Shown here: in pieces, positions 35,801 to 48,415 of the stretch
How the letters are laid out: each line of letters opens with the position of its first letter
Position numbering within the stretch: the first letter of the stretch is position 1
DNA from: Lingula anatina
Lineage: Eukaryota > Animalia > Brachiopoda
Direction: 5' to 3'
Assembly (NCBI GenBank): GCA_051362555.1
Contig: CM120646.1
Location: 3,038,001-3,102,000, forward strand
Length of the DNA stretch: 64,000 bases
The notes under the pieces: generated by a model
The model's input: only the letters and a program-made list of their open reading frames with translations
What the model was told of the DNA's origin: nothing
Databases searched by the model: none
Program-made: the position numbers and the translations under genes

Positions 35801-37737
35801 AAAATGAAAACCACGTGCCGATTGAGGTTAATTAAACTATATGTTTTCCATTGCATCCCACGCGTAAAGTCGACCCACTGTCCGCCAGTTTTAAGGGATA
35901 TCATATTTGTTATCGAGGCAAAATGTTTTAAACTCAGTACTGTCTTTCAAGTAAAATTTCGGTTATAAGCAGATACTGGAATATTGGCAACACCAAAACG
36001 AAATTCGGAACCTTTGCCAGTATTGGCGTATTTTGCATCATTTTACATACATGTAGGTCCTACTTTATTCATACCAGCATATTTGAAGGACAAATATTTG
36101 TATTCAGCACGATACTATAACTGTTACTTTTTTATGTTTTTTTAGGATGGGTTTGTGACCATGCTTGGGCAAATAGTCTCGTCATCAGCAATGTGGCGTT
36201 AATCGTGGGTGGTACAGCGACCATGTTGGTGCCATTGTGTACGACGCATGCGCTTCTGGCCGTTTACTCTACGGTTTTTGGCCTATGTATAGGTATGGTA
36301 CACAATATCCGGAGCACGCATGCGTTTTCCTGCTTCTGATTACGATAGCGAGACAATTAAGCCCGTGTATTCTTCGTGCTTCAGCTGCATGGTAGAATAA
36401 AATAAGAAAACAACAGAATTTCTCACAAGCGTTTTTTCAATGCTCTAACGTTTTCAAAGTTCTAAATCATGTACAGTAATAGTTTTTTTGACTGTTTGAC
36501 CTTAAGATACATTAAAAGCGAAAGAACAACTGTGCATATTCCTGTAATGCATATACATGTAAATATAACAAGCTCCTTTCAAAATTCAAAGAAAGTCAAC
36601 TTGAAACAATGAACAAAATTATTCAGCGGACAGTAAAAAAAAGACTTTAAAGCTGCACATTTCTGGTCGTAAACTTGACCTCCTTATTCATCCGCCCACT
36701 TCGAAATGAAACGAACGAAATAAGGAAACAAAACCCCGGGATACTGGCGTTTCATTAAGTTGTTCTATTTGATAAGTCATACCATTTGAAACTTAATGTT
36801 GGTGTTTGATCGGATTTAGTGGCAATACATTTGACATGTCTACTCACTTAATATACATCTATAAAGATGATTACTTTTAAAACATAGGCCTATAGTGGAA
36901 ACCAGTCAGATAGAATTCTTCTCTCATCCGTCATTCATTAATAGCATCATTTACCTTCCAGCTGCCTACATTTCTCTCCGATCCATCATTCTTGTAGAGC
37001 TGTTGGGGTTGGATAAACTTACCAACGCGTTTGGTCTCATCACGTTGTGTCAGGGTCTTGCCAGCTTCATCGGGTCACCAATAGCAGGTGAATATAAACC
37101 ATACCATTTTTGAGTTACTGACAGGTAAAGTCAGGCGTCCTGATCTGTCGGGATGTTTGCGTGTTTTCTAAATACCACACACCGTACTTTGTATTCTCTG
37201 TTCACATAAGGAACGCCAGGGGTCTCTTACAAAGTTTGTGAATACAATTTTGTTAAGTGCTTTTTCTAGAGACCCCTGTGAGGGTAATTGGGTAATTACT
37301 TCGTAGGATCTCCTCTTTGCTGGCGGATCTAGAATTTTGCGCGGGGTGGGGCGAGGGGGGGGGGACAGGGTTTAAGGTTTATTTTAAATTGTGGGGGACA
37401 CCTCTGAAGCTAAGGGCAGTGGCATCCCCCTGGATACATCCTTGTTCATTAGTGTAGTGTCGACTTACACTGAGAAAAGTACGCTAGGTTCTGAGTGTTT
37501 AAAGTTTGTGCTGTTTGTCAGTATCGTCACTTCTGACCTCGTTTAACCGTCTACATTTCAGGAGGGTTGTACGATGCCACGGGAAGTTATACTATTTCTT
37601 TCGTCTTTGGCGGTGCCACGCTGGCCGTGTCGGGTGTGCTCTGTTTCCCACTGTACTGTTACGAGAAATGCTGTATGAAGAAAGGGGAACACCAGGCAGT
37701 CCCCGGGGAGGATAATGGCGATGCTCAGCCCAGCTAA
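32838..37737 (+). CDS. SLC16 / monocarboxylate-transporter family protein (MFS, 12 TM), paralogue A, 632 aa
   Basis: Exons 32838-33093, 33414-33557, 34069-34995, 35455-35577, 36146-36292, 36962-37087 and 37562-37737; all GT-AG, all phase 1; 1899 nt. SLC16 signatures PPDGGYGWV (TM1) and [18 protein letters not shown], a long TM6-7 loop with [13 protein letters not shown], and [12 protein letters not shown]. Exons 5 and 7 are not in the ORF track in the right frame and were translated by hand. A specific vertebrate orthologue cannot be assigned. Confidence 0.95.
37321..37441. mobile_element. Degenerate G-rich element with GGCGGATC...GGAT(A)C inverted ends, in MCT-A intron 6
   Basis: GGCGGATCTAG at the left, CCCCCTGGATACATCC at the right, G-runs between (GGGGTGGGGCGAGGGGGGGGGGACAGGG). 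Resembles short non-autonomous elements with GGCGGATCCAG ends; heavily decayed. Confidence 0.4.
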
Positions 37738-38757
37738 AACCTACCATCTGTCATTGATGTAGCGGAAAATATTGCCATGGAAATGGAGTGGACGAGCAAG
37801 AAGAAAACACTAGTTTTTCTGCCCCGGGGAAAATAAGTTTGTTGTGGTTTATTTGAGGTGATAAAAATGTACGGAAAAACAGGAAAAAATCCTAGCGCAG
37901 AAACATATTCACTTGCTGTCCACCCAGGGTTGATTTGCTAAGGAAACTTAAATTGAACGACACAATATCGAGTAATGTTTTGCTCGGCACATTACTGAAT
38001 TTGAGAGGACACGTTTAATTTAAGTACAACATTAAGAATGTTAACAAATTGCCCTAAGAAGGACACTGATACGTTGCTTTTTCCCTTGAACGATTTTAGT
38101 TATCTTATGCTTGAACTGCGCTATTTCGAAATATACAGATTGTATCGGGTACCAGGACGAGGCGTGACTACTGTGCTTATTGCAGTTTATATGCACAGCT
38201 GGCATGCCCCAAAACCAGCTTTCTTCAGTGAAAAAATAAGACAAAGCAAACCATGTTTCCACTGGTCCCATGTAGTCACAAGCTAACGAGAGAACGTCGT
38301 TGCAAAACCGCAGGTACTGGAATCCCGATATATTACAATTATTAGTATTGGAGCCTTAGATTCAGATCTATGAATTCAAACCATAATAATATACTTTTTA
38401 TTTCTTCGACTAAAAGGTGAAATGTCTACATGAGTTTAGTATGGATTGTTAAAAGTGGTTTATTGTTTAACATTTGTTTGTTATAATGGTATATCCCTAA
38501 TCTCTGCCACCCTTTTTGTCCATGAAAGTTGTTATACAATATTTGACTGGCGTGGTAAAAACTGCCATACAACTGGTTTGCGTTATGAATAAGGTATGAG
38601 AAAACAGCTTTTTTATTTGTCAACTTACTGCCTTTAGACGTATTTGCTTCAAGTGCTATTTTGTTTTGTAGGAAATATTTGCAATTAGACTTTTAAAATA
38701 TATAGAGTGTTATTAGATCGACGTTTATGAAACATTTTTTCTAAGATATAACGACAC

Positions 38758-38806
38758 AGAGAATGGCATGCGATAGTCACAGAAGAGAATGGCATGCGAT
38801 AGTCAC
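38758..38806. repeat. 26-bp-period tandem duplication in the putative 3' UTR
   Basis: AGAGAATGGCATGCGATAGTCAC occurs at 38758 and 38784. Confidence 0.9.
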
Positions 38807-40324
38807 GGAAGTATAGGCCAGAGGTTGAAAGCTTATCTTTATTATGCATTTATTTCTACTTTCAGCTGGAAACAAAATATGTTGCATTTTAAGTGTATAT
38901 TTGTACCATTAGTTCTACGCCCAACTTCAGACCTAATCTGAAATATTTTGAAAATGTAGCACTTTACATGTATGTTAGATTTCAGCTGGAAGCAAAAATA
39001 GTGAAATCATGCCTATAATTTTGTAGTGATAAATTTACTACGGGTTTTAGACTGATCACATTTGTGAAAGGTTCCCGTTCTTTTCTTATACCTCAAATTG
39101 TAAGTACTGCACATAACACAATAATAATAATGATAATAATAATTATTATTCTCATTTATAGTAATCATAAAAAATTGAACATGTGATCCTTATATCTATT
39201 GTAAATGGTTTACGAAAACACAAAGTTAATTATACAGATGAGTGTTTTTATGTATTATATTAGTACGCTATTAGTACGCACGTCTCTTGTATGTCTAATT
39301 TTACGTTTAACCGTCGAATTGGAAACAGCTGTCCTCGTTTGTAAAGTTACTTCTATTGCGAGTTTCCCATCTTTAAAATGTATCCGTACTGAGCCTCCCG
39401 ATGGCGTTTAAGTCTTTAAAGGCCAATTTTTTAAAACTAATAATTAGAAACACTTCATATGATCGAATGTTCAACGCAAATATCACTTGTAATGTACTTG
39501 TAAGAAGTTGGAAGCCGATGAGTGATTCTTTTGTTATCATAATAATTATACTTATAAAAAGTTACATAGGCTTTTTGTTTTAAACCTGGTCGACAAACGG
39601 TTAATAGCTTTTCTGGGTTTACATGTACCTAGAAAACACATTGTGGCGGTAAACCGAGCGCGCGATCGACAAAATCGTATATCAAAATGTTGAATTTATT
39701 TTTCTTATTTTCTTAACAGACACACGTATGGAATCGGATGTGTGTAGAGACAGGTGTCACAATGCACTGGAATGAACCTTGGTAGAATTACCACAGTACT
39801 TAACGTTTGTGAAAGAGAGGGTGAAAAAAGTTAACTTATTACTATTTATAGACCAGAACATTTTAAGTTAAGTTAACAATTAAGCAGGCCTCAGATTACT
39901 GTACGTGACAGAGAATTGCGTTGCAGACCTTCCACGAAAAGGTCCAAATTACAGAGAAATCTATTTAAAATACTGTAATAATATGGAACAACCCCCTCCC
40001 CCAGTCTGGGAGGGGGTAGTGATTGAAATCTGCGGTCGATATGATTGATTGATTATAAAATGGGTTCTTTAACTCCGCTGAAAATAATATACCCCCCTAG
40101 CGGAAAATAAATGAGTGAATGGGTAAATATATAAGTAAAGTGAATAAATGCATAAAATGCAACCAAATCCCATATGTGGGTGGATGAGACTACATGTTTA
40201 TCTTCAACTTATAAATTTCTAAATGATATTATCAGTCCCGGTATATTTTGCGCGTTTCATTATCTTTATGATATGCAAATAAGTAGAGGAAGAAACAATG
40301 AAAATTCCACCATTTGCAGCAGAC

Positions 40325-40375
40325 AATAAAACAACTCGCAACGCTGATAAGGATCGTATCTTTGAATTTTTTATT
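40325..40375. terminator. Opposed polyadenylation signals between the convergent MCT genes
   Basis: AATAAA on + at 40325-40330 and AATAAA on - at 40375-40370, with T-rich sequence downstream on +. Other + strand AATAAA occur near 40106 and 40143, so usage is not certain. Confidence 0.45.
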
Positions 40376-42355
40376 GGATTATTTTTTCATTGTTTTCATT
40401 TTATACTTTTATGGTATTCATAATCGTAACAGATAATAATAATAGTTTTGATGCATGACAAATGGCTGGCGACTCTGATATACAAATGGCAAAATGGACT
40501 GACAGAATGACATTGATAATAACTAGTTTACAAATATACAAAATGTACTTTATATATGTAGGTGCTTCTTGACGCCTCACTGTTTTGGTTAAACGCAATG
40601 TATCTTTCAGTTTTTTTTTATCATTTGAACAGGTTTCCCCATGTTCTGTTTATATATAACCCTGTTGGGAACAAAATCGCCAACTGGCGACTAAAATTAT
40701 ACCTGTTGTGTGTCACGACAACATGGTTAAAATACCATCAACATCCAGAGTAACAATTGCATTGGATTTTTCTTTAAAAATGTGACATACTCATTATGTT
40801 ATGCGACCATGAGTTTGTTAAAGGCCTTCACAAGTATACATACAAATATAATTCATCCACTTGGTCTTTTTTTTACCAAGTGCAAAAAAAAGAGCATTTA
40901 ATGGCATGCTTTTGGTAATTGTGTACAGATTCAAAGGCAACAGGTAATGGAAAAAATATACGACCAAACTATCGCCACTGAGTATGACTGAAGTTTAAAC
41001 TTCATTAAAAAATGAAATAAATTTTAAAATCGTAATACAAAAGAGGGCGCTCTGACACCTAGAGCATCACATCGTGTTGGTTGATAAGATTGCGCGAGCA
41101 CTGGAATAAGAAAGAGTTCTTCTTTTATGACACTGAGAGCTCGTGCCACGTTCAGTTGAGTACCTTAGAATAAAGTGAGAATTTTACGTTCAATGGACAT
41201 CAATGCAATGTTACCCTCGGGCACTTCCTTCAACATAATACAGAAAATGAGATCATTGTGAAATAAACTATACATAATAATGTACACATAAGTGTGGTAA
41301 ATCATTAAATGTCGACTTCACCATAAGTCTTGCTACTGCTGTCCCTTTAGAAGTGGAATCTATTCTACATAATCCCCCATTTTTTCTCTTTCTTTTTGTT
41401 CATATAGGAGCACCTTTGTGAAATAAAATATCCGACAAATTGTTTTCTTTTTAACAGGTTATGGCTACATATACTCCTCAACATCAGTATGATTAGAAAA
41501 AAAATATTCCTTAACGAAGTACTAACATATAACATGTCAAAACAAAATTAAGGATACTACCACATAATTGGTATAATATCAGAAAAGTATACTGTGGCGT
41601 ATACGAAAACTAATGGTCTTTCCATGAACTTTTGTTAACTAGATATTAATGAAAGTATCACCGCATTCTGGCTTGCGAGAATCACCCCCCTCCCACTCAA
41701 CTTCAACCCCCAAACCCACACCCCCGAACCCCTAACCCCTTATACTTTGGCAAATCACACTTCGTAACAAGTCGAGTGAATTCGGTCTATTTCGGCATAT
41801 TCCGTCCAGCAGAATACGGTGATATGGCAGTGGTTTTCACCTATACAGTCGTATACCAATTATAACAATACATATAAATGTGCCTAATTTTAGAGGCATT
41901 TTTATCCAACCTTAAAATATTATCATTGGCGCTCTGTGAATAAAAATGTTGTTTGACATCTTTGTACTCCTTATAGGAGAGCAGCAACCAACGGTTGCAC
42001 AACGTTTCGACGTAAACCTCCATAACGTCTGTTCAATAATGTACCTCTCGCCCTGTAATGACCTCATTGGAGGCCAAAAAATATACGTCATTGTGCTGTG
42101 AGGAAAATGCAAAAAGAACGTTAGCATTTCGCTTCACTCCAACTGAAATGTCCGCTTTAAATATCTATTCTGAACACTTGAAGGTGGCCATTGAACACTT
42201 GAAATAGGTTCTTGCTCAATCGAAGCGGCTTTGTGGCCAGACACGCTGTAAAGAAAATCTGGTTCTTCATCACAGGCAATAAAATGTGGAAGAACCACCC
42301 GACTCACAAAACGTCTTTGTGTCACTACGTTTAACTTGCAGGCACCTTCGTTTTT

Positions 42356-45300
42356 TTACATGACGGATTCCTTGGATAACAGCACTTCCACTTCTTTCAC
42401 TTCCCCCTCTTGCGGCACGTAGAGACCCTGCATTTTTTCCAGATGTTCTTTAGGAAGTTGAATGGTAATGTGAACTGGGGCTGCGGCACCGGAACACTCG
42501 CCTTTCTCTATTTTGCCATAACCGTCTGTGTATTCCATTCCCCTTTTCTTTTTGTCTGAGAGTTCCCAGTTTCTAATTATCCTCAGTGGCAGCACCAAGA
42601 GCCCGGACAGCGCGATAAGAGTCCCCGCGGCGTAAAATGCATCGTCCAGACTGCCGCTGCTGTCGAATATCTTACCTGTAATTAAAGAACAACAAATTGG
42701 GGATTAGCTTCATTAGTCGCCATTTACTGGTAAAAATATAAATGAAAGCGGAATATATTTCTGCGCTAATGCTCTCTTTTTATTAATCAAGTCGACATAG
42801 ATCATTTGGACCCCAGCGTGCCAAAATTACACCAAAATTGCTACAAGAATACCATTTTCTAATTTTTGCACTATTCTTTGTTAGTTCATATTATCTCCGA
42901 TTAAAAACCACCGCGATATTATATTCAATACAACTACCTCCTCAATTATCATATATGACATTGTTTTTCGCGGATTAACGAGATGTATTTTTCATTTCAA
43001 TGATAAAGAATTAAGGGGCTATCACTTACCAGCAATAGGCGTTCCCACCATGGCCGCTACTCCTTGGAGAAGTATGAGAAGGCCAAATGCATTGGTCAAC
43101 TTGTCCAGTCCCAGGAGGTCAACCAGAATTATTGACCGCAATGATACAAAGGGGGCTGAAATAAAAATAGAGAACAGACTTATTAACCGCAATAATACAG
43201 GAGGTGATAAAAAAGCGTACAGAAATATTAACTGCTATAATACAAAAGGGGCTAAAAATAGAGACCAAAACCACTAATCGAGAAGACACAAAAGAGGCTG
43301 ACATAGAAGAACAGAGTTATGAACCACAAAAAAAAAAAAAAAAAGAAAAAAAAAAATATAAAAGGGGTTAAAAAAGAGAAACGTGACAAAGCTATTTTAT
43401 AACACTAAATCCAATACACAGTTACAAGTTATTTCTACCCAAATAGTAATGGTTATAATAACAGCAGTTAACATGGGGGAAATGGACACCTACCTGTAAA
43501 AAGCCCAAAGGCCACTGAATAGACCACAAATTGCGTATAGATACTCCAGAAAGGGAACAAGTCGTTGAGTTTCGGACACACTGCAGTCATGACTCCAGCA
43601 ATGATGAGGAAAACACCGTAGATTTTGAGTGAATCTGCCCAGGGGCGGTCCGACACGGCACCAGATAGGCCCCGCCCTATGGCGTTGGCCACGCCCATCC
43701 AGGATATGAATTCCACGGCTTCTTCGTACTTGATCTCCTGTTGTATCGCCATAATTGGCACGAACACGTAAGGGATGAAAAAACCTGAAAATATATAACC
43801 AATTAATGTTTGATTACACAACAACTCACGAAATGAATACACAAGAAGGAAAGCGTTTTCGAGCTTAAAATGTTTGCAAGTTTCCATCTTCCAACGTTCA
43901 CGAGTAAGTTACCTAGAACTAGCAGTCACAATATCTTAGCTCTGCCGTTGAATTATTAGAAAATAGATGATTTTATTTCTCATAGTAAGATTTAAATGCA
44001 GTCATTATTTTCAAGCACCAAGACTCATACAGAAAGCTAGCGACGGAGTTTTTTGGAGCTGCACTTACCCATCGTACTCAACAACGTAGAAAGGCACAGG
44101 ATAGGGAAAGTGATGTTCTTGAACAATGACAGGTCCAACATCTCCTTGATGACATCAAATATGGGATTGTGATGCACCACAGGCACGTGTGTGACACTCT
44201 TTAGATACTGCTGCAGATCATTGTGAGCCGCCTGAAACTGTGGAAGGTGCGCCACGCTGCCATTGAAGAAAATATCCCTCCTGTAGAGAGGCCGTGCCAT
44301 GTCTTCCCGTTGTTGCTCTTCTTCCTCTGGGTTTTCCGATGTGTCCCCGTGCTGTTGCCAAATTTCTTCGGTTTCGGAAGACGCATGCTGTTGGCTGCCG
44401 CTTGGAAGACTTTGCGTGCTGGAATAGCCGCTAGATGGCGACATCTCCTTATCGTCATCCGAGGATTTATAAGTCAACATGTGTGGTTGTAGCGACATAG
44501 TGCTTCCTGGGTTCAAACCAGAAGGTGTACAATAAAACCGACTTCGTTCAAGGACCTCTACCAGTGGTTTATTCTTTATTGCTACTGACCGATTCATCTG
44601 TCCCGTACAACTGAGACTAACGTCCGCCGGATTTACCGGTAAAATTGAGGGTCTGGGTTTAGGTTTTTTGTGAACCGTTTCATCGACAGCGATGATAAGC
44701 TGCACCAAGTCTTTATTTCGAATCAATCTGTTGTCTTTTGTGATAATTGTATTGTCTAAAGAATGCGTGGAGATAGTCCTTTGCCTTTTCTTTTCCGCTA
44801 TCAGTTTTGTCATAATATTGCCACGGTAAATAATAATTGGTTTCCTTTTCTTGCGCTTTGGTACGTCTAGTGGCCGAAAGAGGGCGGCACAAATCACGAT
44901 CTGCAAGACAATCCCTGCTACAAGTACGAGTCCACCTCGCCAGTGGTATTCCTTGACGAGTTTGCTAGAGAGCATTGGAAAAACAATGATTCCGACCCCA
45001 GATCCCGACACTGCAATACCGGTGGCCAGCGCCCTCTTTTTCTCGAAGTAAAACCCCACTATCACGATGGCGGGGAGGTAGATTAGGCCAAACCCGATGC
45101 CTGGAAAAATTAAAGGGTTTTTATTAGCAAAAAGTTTCATCTTATCAAACCATAACATAATACGTGCTGTTTGTCTTGCGAACAATTTCTTTCTGCTAAA
45201 ACCGTATTCTATTTCTAGATAAGTGGCGGCCGTAATTAATGGCACAATCCAAATCTGTTCACACACCGTACGTGTAGTAATGCATCTACATACATATATT

Positions 45301-47052
45301 AGTAATCGACGGTCATTAAACCTCCCAAATTACCACATAAAACGTGCAACCGGGGAACTCTCACACACTCCACGTTAAAGTACGATCATTGGCCAATAAT
45401 TGACAGATGATGCTACATGTATATAGAACATAAAAAAACCCATGCCCGCCAAGAATGCATTCAAAGGGCATGATATATTACGATAGTGGCGGTACATTAA
45501 ACCGGTTTCCAGGAGAAACCAACGACCCTGACAGGATAACACGAGAGCTCTCTCTCCACTCACTGGACCCTGGATTTTACAGCCTTTTTATATCTTGTCT
45601 ACAGGTAATTGGGCTTTTTTCATAATGCAGCTAGATCTGCTCTTTAAAATCGGGGCGCTTGAGAATTAAGCACTTAATTCGTTTGCTTTACCAATACTTA
45701 GGTCATGTACAAATGTAGCCTGCACATGTTAGCCGGATTTTCCCGCAGAATATTAGCTGGGTGATCAAATGATGTATTGTTGGCTTTTTTGATTGCCGTA
45801 TTTTTAAACTGTGAGTGCTGGGTGCGTGTTCAAAACGTGGCTGGTTACTAAGCATGGGATGAAGGACAAATGAGAGAGGATGTGTGGATGAAAGGCAACT
45901 ACATGTTCCCTGCAAAGACTAACTAAATTTACTCTTCAGAGGAACTTATTCTACATGGCTAGAGCTCCTATCACCAACCTAAATCACACAAGGGGGCGCA
46001 TGTGCATCCTTTGAAGCGAACAGGCATTACGACTAAGATTACAATGTATAACTCAACTAGAACTAGCCAATATTTTTGGTCCAAAATGTTAAGAATAAAT
46101 CCTTATGTAAAAATGCAAACAGCACAAAAAACAGTGACAACAGTTCATTGTCAATTAATCCTGCTATGTTATGTCAGCTCCCCCTAAAATACTGCACAAA
46201 ATCACACTACTTTCAAAAATTTGTAAGAGCCTACTAGCGCACCCTTTGGCCAGAGAGTAAATTAATGCCATCGCCTCACCTCCAATAACTCCGTATGTAA
46301 GAATTAACCAGTTTAAGTTGGTGGTCAGCGTACTGAGGAGGAAGGCCACGGTCGCCATCACGGCGCCGGATATCGCCACCATACGGCACCCGTAACGGTT
46401 CGCCAGCGCACTCGTGATGGGCCCTGAAATTAAAGAGAAAGAAAATTAATTGATGACATCATATCAAGTTTTTTATTTGTCATGTCGAATTATTTAATTT
46501 TTTAGTAAACAACCACTTCTATTCGAAGTAGTATAGTCATCCAATAATGTTAATGTGTAATATTAAAAACAGAATAAATTATTATTAATACTTACGAGTT
46601 GATGAGTTTCCTTTTTTTTTCTTTTTTTTTTTTGTGAAAAAGAAAACCACCAAGAGATATACCAATCACATAAGTACGTATAGAAGGATGCAAAGTGGAC
46701 ACAATGCAGAAATACATTTCCATCTGCATCTACGACATTCTTGACTCGTGAAATTGATTCCTTTTACAAAAACGTCACTATGGTCAGAAAGAGGGCGCCA
46801 GCGTTACTCACCCATAAGGAGATAGCACCCCGTGAGGCAGGAGCCGGCCCAGGCCGTCTGCTCGGCCGTCGACTCAAAATAATGCATGAACTCCAACATG
46901 AAGATCATGAAGGAAAAACTCACGCCGTCCACCACCACATTGCACATGAAGGACGCCGCCACCACCACCCACCCCCACCCTCCGTCAGGGGGTACGGGGG
47001 GGCCTGGAACCTCCGCATCTTCGTCCACAAAAACCCGCCTTTTAGCACCCAT
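42356..47052 (-). CDS. SLC16 / monocarboxylate-transporter family protein (MFS, 12 TM), paralogue B, 717 aa
   Basis: Exons 47052-46812, 46423-46280, 45100-44069, 43784-43494, 43155-43030 and 42675-42356; all GT-AG, phase 1; 2154 nt. Motifs [40 protein letters not shown] and [12 protein letters not shown]; ends ...KESVM*. The acceptor upstream of the ATG at 47061-47062 implies 5' UTR exon(s). Confidence 0.95.
43131..43275. repeat. Degenerate triplication of the intron-4 acceptor / exon-5 start of MCT-B
   Basis: Three ~48-bp units begin ATTGACCGCAATGATACAAAGGGGGCTG / ATTAACCGCAATAATACAGGAGG / ATTAACTGCTATAATACAAAAGGGGCTA. Confidence 0.75.
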
Positions 47053-48262
47053 GTTCTATTCTGGAAAACAGAAACAGAAAAAGTTTAATGAAATATATTC
47101 CAGGGATATTATGTTACGGATCATTTCGTTCGTTCAATTATATGTAACATCCCTGGTGACATCCGTGTTCGATTCTGAAAAATTAAACGTTTAATGTTGT
47201 GACATTTTATAGGAGGTAACGTGAATATCTATCAAACATTTCAAGCTACTGAATTGGATCTAAAACTGCCATTATCACATTTTAAAATAACTTATTTCCA
47301 ACAATGCATTTAACTTGAAATAAAACACTACACACAAGAGAGAGAAAAAATTATATATAACCGTTTCTGACAAGTCTTAAGCCGTTCTATATCATTTTCA
47401 ATATTGAAAATAAATAGCTAAGGACACGCACAAGTGACAAGATGGTCAGGTCACTTTTTAACACACAACTTGACTGTCCTGAACCCGTGCCGTTACCGTG
47501 GTCTACTTCACCTATATGAACCTTGTCTGAATTCAGTTTCATAACATAAAAAAACTAATATATATAGCTACCGTGCACGGAATCCTATACACGCACCTCC
47601 GTCCATAATGGAGTTCATTATGTGGCCGTACTAATCTGATTGGTATCAAACCCTAAGTACTGAGGTTGTGCCACATGGACTAAATCCACCGACCCTAAGC
47701 TGAATTACTTACAGGATACTTCGCCCTCAGTCCACGAGAATAGGAAAAGTCCGTTCCAACATCGATATAACTCGGTTGTCTAACAGTTTCGTATATACAT
47801 GTGTATTAACTATCTACATAACTCGTGTACGTCCGCTAGCTGCTCACACAATTGTAATCTGGGGCAACCTATCCAGGGTTGTGCATCTACAGTGCCCGTA
47901 ACTCTCTCGCTCTCTCGTTCTGCATTCTGCGCACCCTTCACATCCAGACACGTGCGTATGTATATCAGTGTATATATATATCACTAGAATTAAGTATCTG
48001 ACCTCAACGCCCCTCTTTTCCGAAAGTGCCTAGCTAGGTTTATAACTAATGGTGACATTCAGCTGCTCGACATTTGTAAACTTAATACAACATACCAACG
48101 ACGATTGCACTCTATACTTAGTACCCGGTACATAATGAAAACGTACAAACGCCATTACAATTTTTAAACTGAACTACAATTCCATGTTGATGCCAAAGAA
48201 AAATATGTCTAAATCTAGTGTCTGTGTATCGTAAATTAGTAAAAGCCTCCTTACGCCCTTAC

Positions 48263-48415
48263 CCTTGGTTGTTCTACCCTGTGGCAGTATTTCACATGTA
48301 ACTTAAGTCCAGCTGGATACGCCACCCCCTTCTGCCTCCGACCTGTCCAGTTCTGGACGCACTGACCGACTGGTAGCCACTCGTGTCGCGTGTCTTTTTT
48401 GAGACCAAATTATAT
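48263..48415 (-). promoter_or_regulatory. Candidate proximal promoter / non-coding first exon of MCT-B
   Basis: Minus strand: TATAATTT near 48414-48407, TCAGT Inr-like motif at 48365-48361, donor AGG|GTAAGG at 48263/48262. Confidence 0.35.

Noticed and set aside
42670-42680. CAG|GTAAG at the start of the last MCT-B exon, resembling a recursive splice site
   Set aside because: GT-AAG is dictated by the Gly-Lys codons, the intron is short and no downstream exon is evident.
45498-45540. AAACCGGTTTCCAGGAGAAACCAACGACC resembling a decayed SINE core; B-box-like GTTCGATC near 20075 and A-box-like sequence near 19365
   Set aside because: Too short and degenerate; no paired A/B boxes, cloverleaf or TSD, so no tRNA or SINE is called.
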